Of a DNA stretch of 37,059 nucleotides, positions 1 to 7,688 are shown one piece after another. A model generated the notes under the pieces. It did no database searches. It worked only from the letters and a program-made list of their open reading frames with translations, and was not told the origin of the DNA. Position 1 is the stretch's first letter; each line of letters starts with the position of its first letter. A program made the translations under genes and the position numbers. Source of the stretch: a virus (Duplodnaviria; Caudoviricetes); IMG/VR virus record IMGVR_UViG_3300016476_001164, positions 1-37,059 of that record. One strand, written 5' to 3'.

Positions 1-12
1 ATTTTTTTCTTT

Positions 13-21
13 TATATATTA
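13..21 (-). promoter_or_regulatory. TAATATATA box (putative late promoter) for a gene left of the window
   Basis: Exact copy of the box found before many genes in this window. Confidence 0.5.
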
Positions 22-46
22 AAAAAATATTGTAAATTATTTCTAA

Positions 47-370
47 TTAGCTGACAATCTGTTTAATTTTGAAATCTCTATACCAAATCAAATCATTGAA
101 AACTATAGTACTTGCAAGCTTTGTAGAGATAAGTTGTTCATCAAGATTAATTATTGAATTTGAGTATTCAAAAGAAATAAATTTCTTTTTTATTTTATAT
201 TGTTGACTAATCTTATTAATTAACTTTTCAGAGTAAATTAGATAAGCAAAATTGTCTTCTAATTTATATCTTTGATAAATACTTACTTCACCTAACTTAT
301 TACCATTACACAAAATTGGTAATGTTTGTTCTACTTGAATTTTCTTATGTGATAATCTTCTTACTTTCAT
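47..370 (-). CDS. Hypothetical protein
   Basis: 107-aa ORF filling the gap; TATATTTG box just upstream. Confidence 0.65.
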   Translation of the reverse strand: MKVRRLSHKKIQVEQTLPILCNGNKLGEVSIYQRYKLEDNFAYLIYSEKLINKISQQYKIKKKFISFEYSNSIINLDEQLISTKLASTIVFNDLIWYRDFKIKQIVS

Positions 371-375
371 AACTA

Positions 376-383
376 CAAATATA
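376..383 (-). promoter_or_regulatory. Bacteroidota sigma-A -7 box (TATATTTG)
   Basis: Matches TAnnTTTG, 5 nt before the ATG at 370. Confidence 0.55.
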
Positions 384-403
384 CAAAAAATGATTTTAAA
401 AAT

Positions 404-412
404 TAATATATA
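404..412 (+). promoter_or_regulatory. TAATATATA box (putative late promoter)
   Basis: 4 nt before the ATG at 417. Confidence 0.65.
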
Positions 413-416
413 CTTT

Positions 417-683
417 ATGAAATATTTAAAGACTTTTAAAATTTTTGAAGATGGTGAAGGTGGTGGAGGAACTGCTTATGTAACTGCAACTACTGCAGGT
501 ATGGGTAATGTAGTTAGTGCTCAACCTGGACAATTTGCAGGAACAACAGGAACAACAGGTTCTGGTGATGTTAGTTTTGGATTAGGTGCAACTAAAAAAG
601 AAAAAAGAAAAAAAGGTAAACCAAGTCAAGTAACTGATTTAAGAGATCTTAAAGATGAAGATACTGATGAAGTAAAAGAATAA
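417..683 (+). CDS. Small Gly/Thr-rich protein with capsid-targeting-like leader (putative internal virion protein)
   Basis: Start moved from 390 to 417 (MKYLKTFKIFE) because the box and shared leader both point to this ATG. Confidence 0.7.
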   Translation: MKYLKTFKIFEDGEGGGGTAYVTATTAGMGNVVSAQPGQFAGTTGTTGSGDVSFGLGATKKEKRKKGKPSQVTDLRDLKDEDTDEVKE

Positions 684-709
684 AAAATCCCATCATTTGA
701 TGGGATTTT
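684..709. terminator. Bidirectional intrinsic terminator
   Basis: aaaatcccatca-tt-tgatgggatttt between convergent genes. Confidence 0.85.
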
Positions 710-710
710 C

Positions 711-1334
711 TTATATACCTAATTTTTCTAATTTACTATTTCTTGTTTGAGTTTTTGTCTTAAACTTAGGGTAATTCATCAAATCCCTAAATCCATAGAT
801 ATTAAACCTTTCAGCTAAATTATCATTTCTATATTTCTCAAATAACCTATCAGATTTGTAAACCAATCTACCTAAAATTGTATAGTAGTATTTACCATCC
901 TCAAGTTCGCAGACTATTAATGCAGAGAATGTTCTTAACCAACAATTACTAAACTCCCAAGATACATCATCATTATCACTACCTAATCCCATAAAGAACA
1001 TAACAACTAAAATAATAACAGTTATCCAAAATACTAATAATAACAAAAATCTAGCATCATTCATTTCCTGATATGTTATAGTATTATTTGTTATTTTTAA
1101 TGGTTTTTCAAATTCTTTAACATCATAGTTTTTACCAGAATTAATAACATAGTTTACATGATTCTTACCATCAATAAATTGTGCATAAACTCTTGATGTG
1201 GTTGTCATTTCTCTATCAACATTATAAGAAAAATATAGTGTTGTTAAAGCAATAGCTAAAAATATACTTTTTGCTATGTTTGTTGTTATTAGTTCATAAA
1301 TCAACATAAATGGAAATAAAATAAGTCTTGTCAT
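711..1334 (-). CDS. Membrane protein with C-terminal RxxKL motif
   Basis: Hydrophobic N-terminal and central segments; ends TRNSKLEKLGI. Confidence 0.75.
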   Translation of the reverse strand: MTRLILFPFMLIYELITTNIAKSIFLAIALTTLYFSYNVDREMTTTSRVYAQFIDGKNHVNYVINSGKNYDVKEFEKPLKITNNTITYQEMNDARFLLLLVFWITVIILVVMFFMGLGSDNDDVSWEFSNCWLRTFSALIVCELEDGKYYYTILGRLVYKSDRLFEKYRNDNLAERFNIYGFRDLMNYPKFKTKTQTRNSKLEKLGI

Positions 1335-1350
1335 CTTTTATAATTTTCTA

Positions 1351-1358
1351 CAAATGTA
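1351..1358 (-). promoter_or_regulatory. Bacteroidota sigma-A -7 box (TACATTTG)
   Basis: Matches TAnnTTTG, 16 nt before the ATG at 1334. Confidence 0.55.
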
Positions 1359-1383
1359 AACAATTTTAATCAAAATAAAAAAT

Positions 1384-1392
1384 TAATATATA
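1384..1392 (+). promoter_or_regulatory. TAATATATA box
   Basis: 5 nt before the ATG at 1398. Confidence 0.65.
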
Positions 1393-1397
1393 GATTT

Positions 1398-2378
1398 ATG
1401 ATTAAATATAATGAGTTCTTACTAGATAAAGAGTTTGAAACAATAACTAATCAAATATTTAGATTAGTTGAAGATGGTGGTAGATTTACCAGTGATAATA
1501 CTTATGTTTGGGATATGTCAAAAAAACAGGATGATGAAAAACCTGTTACATTTGAATGGGATTTTACTAAAACAAATGATAGTATAGTTGATAAGTTAGA
1601 GAATTTATTAAAGAAATTACCTAAAGAAAAGATACAAGAATACTTCTTTAAGTTTATTAATAAGATAAAATTACTTCCTGAAAAATTTAGAAGAAAGATA
1701 TTAGTTAACTATGCAACTGCATTCTTATCAGTGGCTTCAATAGGGTTTTTAGTATCAGGAATGAACAATCATAAAGTAGATGAAAAAGTAGTCAAGGAGT
1801 TTGTAAAAGTGACTAAAAAGGCCTCATTTGAAGTCTCACATAAAAAAGTGGCTGCTATAGAAGGAGGATATTCTGAGGATAGAAAAGATACTGGTAACTT
1901 TGTTGAATTTGAATTAAATGGTAAAAAAGTTAAAAGATTTATTGGAACTAAATATGGAATATCTGCACCTGTTTTAATGAAATATTTAGGTCATCTACCT
2001 AAGAAAGAAGATATGATGAATTTATCATATGAAACTGCATTAGAAATTTATAAAGATAAATACTGGGATGATCAAGATATGGAAAAATTCTGTAATCAAT
2101 CAGTTGCAACTATTATATATGATGGTTGTGTTAATCAAGGTGTAGGTGCAATGAAAGATATTTTAAGAAAAGTTTTAAATGATAATGGTGTTCAAGTTAA
2201 TGATGATACTACCCCATTTCAAACTGATTATATTAAAGTAATTAATTCATTAGATCAAGCTCAAGTATTTGACACAATTAAGAAATATAGAAAAGAGAGA
2301 TACCATGTGGCAGCAACTGCTAAAACTCATGAAGGTGGTTGGTTAAATAGATTAGAAAAATTAGAATTTATTGACTAA
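1398..2378 (+). CDS. GH108-family lysozyme with long N-terminal extension
   Basis: EGGYS..D.G..TKYGI catalytic motif, DGCVNQG, C-terminal GWLNRL; hydrophobic stretch near aa 101-121. Confidence 0.85.
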   Translation: MIKYNEFLLDKEFETITNQIFRLVEDGGRFTSDNTYVWDMSKKQDDEKPVTFEWDFTKTNDSIVDKLENLLKKLPKEKIQEYFFKFINKIKLLPEKFRRKILVNYATAFLSVASIGFLVSGMNNHKVDEKVVKEFVKVTKKASFEVSHKKVAAIEGGYSEDRKDTGNFVEFELNGKKVKRFIGTKYGISAPVLMKYLGHLPKKEDMMNLSYETALEIYKDKYWDDQDMEKFCNQSVATIIYDGCVNQGVGAMKDILRKVLNDNGVQVNDDTTPFQTDYIKVINSLDQAQVFDTIKKYRKERYHVAATAKTHEGGWLNRLEKLEFID

Positions 2379-2956
2379 TGAAGTATATTAAGAAGTTTGA
2401 AGATATTAATGTACCTATTAAAGTAGGTGATACTATATTAGGTGGTAGATTTAAGAATAAGAAAGTTGTTGTTAAGAAAATTGGTAAAAACAAGAAAGGT
2501 GATATTACAGTTAATGACAAACCATTACTTAAATATAGATTAGTTAAGGAATCTATTGAAGAAGAAATAGATAATGCATTAGTTTATTTAACTGATGATG
2601 GATTCAAAATACATAAGACTTCATCAAAATTATATTTAACAGTTCAATTATTTAAACAGAAAGAGTATAGACAAATTAACTCTATGGATAATTTAGTAGA
2701 AGTAAAATGGTCAGATATTGAAAGTGATTTATTACCATTTATTGAAATGTATAAAGATAGAATAAAAGATATAACTTTAGCTTATCCTAATTTTAAAGAA
2801 CATGGCCTTTTAAATAAAGAATATGTAGATGGTGTAACAGATGTAACATCTTCAAACCTACATGTGTATGATAGAAAAGTACTTTCACCTGATGAAATAC
2901 TTGATGGTGAAGACTTTGGTAAAATACTAAAAGTAAATATTAGATTACAAATCTAA
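2378..2956 (+). CDS. Hypothetical protein with MKYIKKFE leader and basic KOW/SH3-like N-domain
   Basis: TAATG coupling to the upstream gene; IKVGDTILGGRFKNKKVVVKKI. Confidence 0.7.
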   Translation: MKYIKKFEDINVPIKVGDTILGGRFKNKKVVVKKIGKNKKGDITVNDKPLLKYRLVKESIEEEIDNALVYLTDDGFKIHKTSSKLYLTVQLFKQKEYRQINSMDNLVEVKWSDIESDLLPFIEMYKDRIKDITLAYPNFKEHGLLNKEYVDGVTDVTSSNLHVYDRKVLSPDEILDGEDFGKILKVNIRLQI

Positions 2957-3310
2957 TTACTTATCTTCTTCTTTCTTATCTAATAAGTATCTGTTATCTT
3001 TAGGAAGTATATCAATATTATACTTTTTACCCAATGCAATTAATAATGGAGTTATAGGAACAGGAATTGGAATACCTGATATTAATACAAGTGGTATTAA
3101 TTTTGCTATATCTAATGAGTGTTCTTTAAGAAATTCTTTTTCACCATAAGTTACTTCTTTTCCTTTCAACATCTTTCTAACTATGATTATTGCAATTTTA
3201 GTTTCTTGTCCTTCTCTTTTTGTAGCAGCCCAAAAACCTTCTGCAAAATCTGTACCTTTTTTAACCAACTCTTTTATTTCATACCAAGAAGGTTCTTTCT
3301 TTCCACTCAT
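2957..3310 (-). CDS. Hypothetical protein with hydrophobic Pro-rich segment
   Basis: 117-aa ORF; LIPLVLISGIPIPVPITPLLIAL; TAATATATA box at 3337-3345. Confidence 0.7.
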   Translation of the reverse strand: MSGKKEPSWYEIKELVKKGTDFAEGFWAATKREGQETKIAIIIVRKMLKGKEVTYGEKEFLKEHSLDIAKLIPLVLISGIPIPVPITPLLIALGKKYNIDILPKDNRYLLDKKEEDK

Positions 3311-3336
3311 TTGTGTATATTACTTTTTAAACAATG

Positions 3337-3345
3337 TATATATTA
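3337..3345 (-). promoter_or_regulatory. TAATATATA box
   Basis: 26 nt before the ATG at 3310. Confidence 0.55.
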
Positions 3346-3436
3346 TTATTTTATAATAAGTTTATAGTATCTATTATATTCCTTAATTGGTTTTAATTTT
3401 AATGTTGGTTTATTTTTAATCTCATTATAGTTTTAC

Positions 3437-3467
3437 TTGTTCCTTTCAAACTAATTATGTATATTTG
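3437..3467 (+). promoter_or_regulatory. Bacteroidota sigma-A promoter (TTG-N20-TATATTTG)
   Basis: Both -33 and -7 elements at canonical spacing before the gene at 3500. Confidence 0.7.
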
Positions 3468-3499
3468 CATATAAATTAATTAAAAATAAATTAGGACTA

Positions 3500-4258
3500 A
3501 TGAGAATAATGTTTTTGGGCGACATTCACGGGAACTTTAACTTAATCAATCAATATTTAAAAAGATTTGATATTAAGGATGCTTACATTATACAGGTAGG
3601 TGACTTTGGTGTGGGATTTAATGGACTATTAAAAGAAAAAAGAACATTAGAATATACACATCCAGAACTTGTTAAAAGAAATGTAATTGTATATGCAATA
3701 AGAGGAAACCATGACTATCCTGGGTACTTTGATAATGATCCTTTTGGTTTCACTAATATAAAATTAGTCAAAGATTATACTGTTCTAAACTTAGAAGGTC
3801 AGAATATATTATGCATTGGTGGTGCAATCAGTGTGGATCGTATGATGCGCAAGACTAAACACCAAAAAGCAGGTAATTTTGACATAAAAACTGGAAAAGA
3901 AAGCTGGTGGCCAGATGAAACCTTCAATTGGGAAGATGATAAGTTAGTTAATTTAAGAGACATTAATGTTGTAGTTACTCATACAGCACCAGATTACTGT
4001 GTCCCAGATAATGGGAATGGTTTTGGACCATTTGTAAATGGTTTGGCTGCTAATGACCCTGACCTTAAATTAGACTTATTAGAAGAAAGAAGAAATATGA
4101 CACTAGCTTTTCAAACAGTTAAGATGCATAATGATGTTAAATTGCATCTGTATGGTCACTTTCACAGAAGTGATATGATTACTATTGATGGTACTGAACA
4201 TAGATTATTAGGTGTTGGTGAACTTTGGGAAGAAAAAAATTATAAAAATATCTTTTAA
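3500..4258 (+). CDS. Calcineurin-like metallophosphoesterase
   Basis: GDIHG, GDFG, RGNHD, THT, GHFH motifs. Confidence 0.9.
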   Translation: MRIMFLGDIHGNFNLINQYLKRFDIKDAYIIQVGDFGVGFNGLLKEKRTLEYTHPELVKRNVIVYAIRGNHDYPGYFDNDPFGFTNIKLVKDYTVLNLEGQNILCIGGAISVDRMMRKTKHQKAGNFDIKTGKESWWPDETFNWEDDKLVNLRDINVVVTHTAPDYCVPDNGNGFGPFVNGLAANDPDLKLDLLEERRNMTLAFQTVKMHNDVKLHLYGHFHRSDMITIDGTEHRLLGVGELWEEKNYKNIF

Positions 4259-4294
4259 AAAATCACTTTTTTGTCCCTTTTCATATTTTATATT

Positions 4295-4303
4295 TAATAT
4301 ATA
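4295..4303 (+). promoter_or_regulatory. TAATATATA box
   Basis: 4 nt before the ATG at 4308. Confidence 0.65.
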
Positions 4304-4307
4304 GAAT

Positions 4308-5090
4308 ATGAAATGGACAGAAGAACAAATAGAATACTTAAAAAGTAATTATCCAAAAATTGGACCTAAACAATTATCAATAAATCTAAATAGATCAGTA
4401 GATTCAATAAATTTAAAACTTAAATCATTAAATTTAAGAGGTAAGATAAATAAAAAATATAGTAATTTTAAATTTGAGTTGGATAATCCAAAACATATAT
4501 ATTTAATGGGTATATTATGGGCAGATGGATATTTACATGATACTTTAAATAGATTGGAATTATCAATAGTAACAGAAGATTTCAATGATATTAGTAATCT
4601 TTTTGATGTAAACTATTGGGCAGTTTATCATAGAAATAGAAGGAAAAGAAAACCTCAAACTACAATTGGTTTATACAGAGAGGAAGTTTGTGGTGTATTT
4701 AGAAGTGAATATAACTATACTGAGAAAAGTAATGAATGTCCTAATTTTATAAATAAAATACCTGTAGAATTATTGTATTACTTTGTAAGAGGATTTTTTG
4801 ATGGGGATGGGTGTTTTTACATAAGTAAAGACAATAAACAAAAACAATGTTACTTAGCAGGCACTTATAATCAAGATTGGTCTTGGATTGAAATTATTTT
4901 TAAAGAATTAGATATTAAATATAACATTAAACAAAAAATACAAAAAGAAAAACAAAAGTATTCAGTTATTTATATCAATAGAAATAGTATAGAAACTTTT
5001 GGTGATTATATCTATCATAACTATGATAGTGATAGCATTGGTATAAAAAGAAAATATGAAAAATTCTTAAAGATAAGATATGAGAAGTAA
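4308..5090 (+). CDS. Free-standing double-motif LAGLIDADG homing endonuclease
   Basis: YLMGILWADG and FVRGFFDGDG motifs; N-terminal WTEEQIEYLK..Y HTH-like segment; C-terminal KRKYEKF. Confidence 0.85.
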   Translation: MKWTEEQIEYLKSNYPKIGPKQLSINLNRSVDSINLKLKSLNLRGKINKKYSNFKFELDNPKHIYLMGILWADGYLHDTLNRLELSIVTEDFNDISNLFDVNYWAVYHRNRRKRKPQTTIGLYREEVCGVFRSEYNYTEKSNECPNFINKIPVELLYYFVRGFFDGDGCFYISKDNKQKQCYLAGTYNQDWSWIEIIFKELDIKYNIKQKIQKEKQKYSVIYINRNSIETFGDYIYHNYDSDSIGIKRKYEKFLKIRYEK

Positions 5091-5274
5091 TACTATTATA
5101 TGTGTAGTTTGGAAGTTAACAGGAAGAATTGAACACTTTGTTAACTTAGGTAAGTTATATTCTCACTATGGCAATGATGAACTTGGTATATCTAGGTCTT
5201 CACTTAATAAAAAAGATTTGTTTGAAGGTTATGACACTGAAACAATTAAGATATTAAAGTGTTATGTTAAATAA
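5080..5274 (+). CDS. Small hypothetical protein (possible HTH-like)
   Basis: 64-aa ORF overlapping the endonuclease end by 11 nt, followed by a terminator; LGISRSSL. Confidence 0.55.
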   Translation: MRSNTIICVVWKLTGRIEHFVNLGKLYSHYGNDELGISRSSLNKKDLFEGYDTETIKILKCYVK

Positions 5275-5301
5275 AAAAGAGAACTTATAGTTCTCTTTTT
5301 T
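5273..5301. terminator. Bidirectional intrinsic terminator
   Basis: aaaaaagagaact-tat-agttctctttttt. Confidence 0.85.
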
Positions 5302-5303
5302 TA

Positions 5304-6068
5304 TTATTTAACAAATTTTTGTTTTGGTAATGTTTTTAAATATTTTGCAACATCTTTAATTTCAAATCCACAATCAACTGATAATCCACACTCAATACAC
5401 ATTGTACTTTCTATGTGTTCATATTCAGTATCATATGTAGTTACACTACTTGGATAATTTAAACTTTTATCAGAGAATAATTTAACTAATGTTTCTTTAA
5501 TTTTAAATCCTGCATTAGGAGTTAATTCAATACCAACTTCTTCTTCTGGATATATATTGAAATCAGTAAATTTTACTTCATCATTTACAATATCTATATC
5601 AATACTTAAATAAAATGCTTGGAACTCACCATTTGAAAAGTAATCAACTGCAATATCATCCATAACCTCTAAACATTTATCTACTTCTTCTTTAGTAACA
5701 GGTACTAACCACAATGTTAAAGGTATTGATACACTAAATTTATTAGGTGATTTTTCTTTCTCAAAATCAAAAGTATCACTAAATTGAAGACTATCAAAAC
5801 TAATGTCATAATAAAAGTTAATTGTTTCATCTTTTACATAACCTGTAATTTTTCCATATTTGGAATAATTTTGTACTCTCTCTTTCCAATTTTCAATTGC
5901 TTCTCTTAACTCAGCTTTACCAGCCCAGTCTTTTAATTCTTTGGCACTTTTTAGTGCATTTTGTTTATTTCTACCTGTAAGCCCTTCAGCACTTTTTTCA
6001 CGTCTGTATGATGCTCTTAGGTATGTCTGAGAGTTTAACTCTTCATTAAATCTTTTTAAGTATTTCAT
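5304..6068 (-). CDS. Hypothetical protein with MKYLKRFNE leader
   Basis: 254-aa ORF coupled (TAATG) to the upstream gene. Confidence 0.75.
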   Translation of the reverse strand: MKYLKRFNEELNSQTYLRASYRREKSAEGLTGRNKQNALKSAKELKDWAGKAELREAIENWKERVQNYSKYGKITGYVKDETINFYYDISFDSLQFSDTFDFEKEKSPNKFSVSIPLTLWLVPVTKEEVDKCLEVMDDIAVDYFSNGEFQAFYLSIDIDIVNDEVKFTDFNIYPEEEVGIELTPNAGFKIKETLVKLFSDKSLNYPSSVTTYDTEYEHIESTMCIECGLSVDCGFEIKDVAKYLKTLPKQKFVK

Positions 6069-6733
6069 TATGTTACTATATATGTTTTTTCCTCTGTAGG
6101 ATATATTTCTATACTTTGTCTTCCTATTGATGTATCAAATGTTCTATCTAATTCACCTCTTTCTTCCATTTCAGCTTTTTCACCATCAAACATATTACTA
6201 AATTGATTAGAAAAATCTGTTATATTTTTATCAAAATATATTTTAATTGATGATTGTTGTGTAATCTCATTGTAATCACTATCATCTATCTTAGTAATTT
6301 TAATACCATTCTTATTAAAAAACCTTCCAATCTCTGTTGTATTGATTTTAATATCTCTACCATCTTGAGCAACTATAAATTTATAGTTATCATTTCCAGA
6401 ATCTTTAGGTGTTACTCTTAATTTTAACTCTGTACCTGCAATTGCCATATCAATTGTAAAGTTCTCTAACTTATCTCCAGTTGTTAATACATCATCAATA
6501 TCTTCTACAATATCTCTTAGTTTATTAATCATTGTTTCTGCATCATTAAACTCACTAAAGTCAATTCTAATATCCCATTTTACATACCAGATATTAGAAT
6601 TACCATATTTTGTAGGGTATATAGTTGGTTGACCAAACTTATCATTTATATAAACTAAACAATCTAATAAATCCTGATGAACAGGATCATCTTTTTTATT
6701 CCAATTTTCAAATATCTTTTTAAGGTATTTCAT
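6068..6733 (-). CDS. Hypothetical protein with MKYLKKIFE leader
   Basis: 221-aa ORF; TAATATATA box 5 nt upstream. Confidence 0.75.
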   Translation of the reverse strand: MKYLKKIFENWNKKDDPVHQDLLDCLVYINDKFGQPTIYPTKYGNSNIWYVKWDIRIDFSEFNDAETMINKLRDIVEDIDDVLTTGDKLENFTIDMAIAGTELKLRVTPKDSGNDNYKFIVAQDGRDIKINTTEIGRFFNKNGIKITKIDDSDYNEITQQSSIKIYFDKNITDFSNQFSNMFDGEKAEMEERGELDRTFDTSIGRQSIEIYPTEEKTYIVT

Positions 6734-6738
6734 AATAC

Positions 6739-6747
6739 TATATATTA
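6739..6747 (-). promoter_or_regulatory. TAATATATA box
   Basis: 5 nt before the ATG at 6733. Confidence 0.65.
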
Positions 6748-6818
6748 TATTTTATAAACAAAAAAATAGTTTACTCTAATAAAAGAATAAACTATTTTTG
6801 AAATCCCTTCTAGAGAGA

Positions 6819-7235
6819 TTATTGAATTGATACTACTTCAATATCAAATACAAGTTCTTTACCTGCTAATGGGTGGTTACCATCAATAGTTACTGAATCC
6901 TCATTAACTGCAGTTACAACAACATGTGCAACTTGTCCATTTTCACCATTAGCTTCTAATGTTTGTCCTACTTCTACTTCACCTGGCATTTTATCTAATG
7001 GAACATTTACTACTAAATCTTCTCTAACTAAACCATATGCGTTTTCTGGTGCAATATTAGTAGTTACTTTATCACCAACTTGTTTCCCAATAATTGCGTT
7101 TTCAAATCCTGAAATTATTTGTCCTGATCCTACTTGAAATTGTAAAGGGTCTCTTCCTTCTGAGCTGTCAAATACTTCACCATCAGGAAATTTCCCAACA
7201 TAATGTACACTAACAACATTACCATTCTCTATCAT
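6819..7235 (-). CDS. FKBP-type peptidyl-prolyl isomerase (SlyD/FkpB-like, no His-rich tail)
   Basis: VSVHYVG..DGEVFDSS, GQIISGFE, PENAYG, DGNHPLAGKEL.F; start placed at MIENG. Confidence 0.92.
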   Translation of the reverse strand: MIENGNVVSVHYVGKFPDGEVFDSSEGRDPLQFQVGSGQIISGFENAIIGKQVGDKVTTNIAPENAYGLVREDLVVNVPLDKMPGEVEVGQTLEANGENGQVAHVVVTAVNEDSVTIDGNHPLAGKELVFDIEVVSIQ

Positions 7236-7252
7236 AATTAATTGTTTTTTTT

Positions 7253-7281
7253 TATTTATACACATAAAAATAAATAAGTTT
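7253..7281 (-). promoter_or_regulatory. AAACTT-N15-TATAAATA putative phage promoter
   Basis: Same bipartite pattern recurs before 7315, clpP and the OMP gene. Confidence 0.5.
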
Positions 7282-7288
7282 AAAAATT

Positions 7289-7314
7289 AAACTTTTTTAA
7301 TATCATAATATAAA
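7289..7314 (+). promoter_or_regulatory. AAACTT-N14-TATAAA putative phage promoter
   Basis: Divergent partner of the FKBP element; abuts the ATG at 7315. Confidence 0.45.
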
Positions 7315-7680
7315 ATGTATATGTTTGTAGATTTGAGTTCAATTAATAATTCTGATTATAAATTAGAGTATCAGGAAAAGAGTAAAATCCTACTTGATTA
7401 TTTAGGAGAACCAGATGGCAAATTTCTAATAGTCCCTATTCACATATTGAATATACTACAAGAAAATACTGAGTTTGTAAGTTGTGAGATAAACTCTGAT
7501 ATTGGTGGTATAGAAAAAGTAGGTAATATTAATGGTTATGATTGTTATGTTGATATTCATATGAAATCAAATGAAATACTTTTATACTACAATAAGGCAA
7601 AGATTAGAGATAGTAAGTTAGATTATCTACTCAATAGTGTAGAGCTATTAGAAGAGAAAAGAGTTAAGATTATATCTTAA
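7315..7680 (+). CDS. Hypothetical protein with RDSKLDYLL motif
   Basis: 121-aa ORF. Confidence 0.7.
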   Translation: MYMFVDLSSINNSDYKLEYQEKSKILLDYLGEPDGKFLIVPIHILNILQENTEFVSCEINSDIGGIEKVGNINGYDCYVDIHMKSNEILLYYNKAKIRDSKLDYLLNSVELLEEKRVKIIS

Positions 7681-7687
7681 CTCTTTT
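7657..7687. terminator. Intrinsic terminator overlapping the gene end
   Basis: aaaagagttaagat-tat-atcttaactctttt between convergent genes. Confidence 0.75.
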
Positions 7688-7688
7688 T

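Noticed and set aside
390-416. Longer starts in the ORF track (390, 7265, 34799, 36686)
   Set aside because: The extensions run through promoter-like boxes or A-rich leaders; downstream ATGs at 417, 7235, 34832 and 36719 fit better.
3346-3436. Possible small ORF or RNA in the longest intergenic gap
   Set aside because: The only ATG-initiated frame on the minus strand is 8 codons; a longer open frame has no start; no clear structure.
4259-5090. Group I intron or intein around the LAGLIDADG gene
   Set aside because: The upstream phosphoesterase is complete, there is no room for an intron core and there are no intein termini.
6762-6799. Inverted repeat aaaaatagttta...taaactattttt as an operator or mobile-element end
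   Set aside because: Single AT-rich copy just downstream of the FKBP gene; most simply a terminator-type hairpin.
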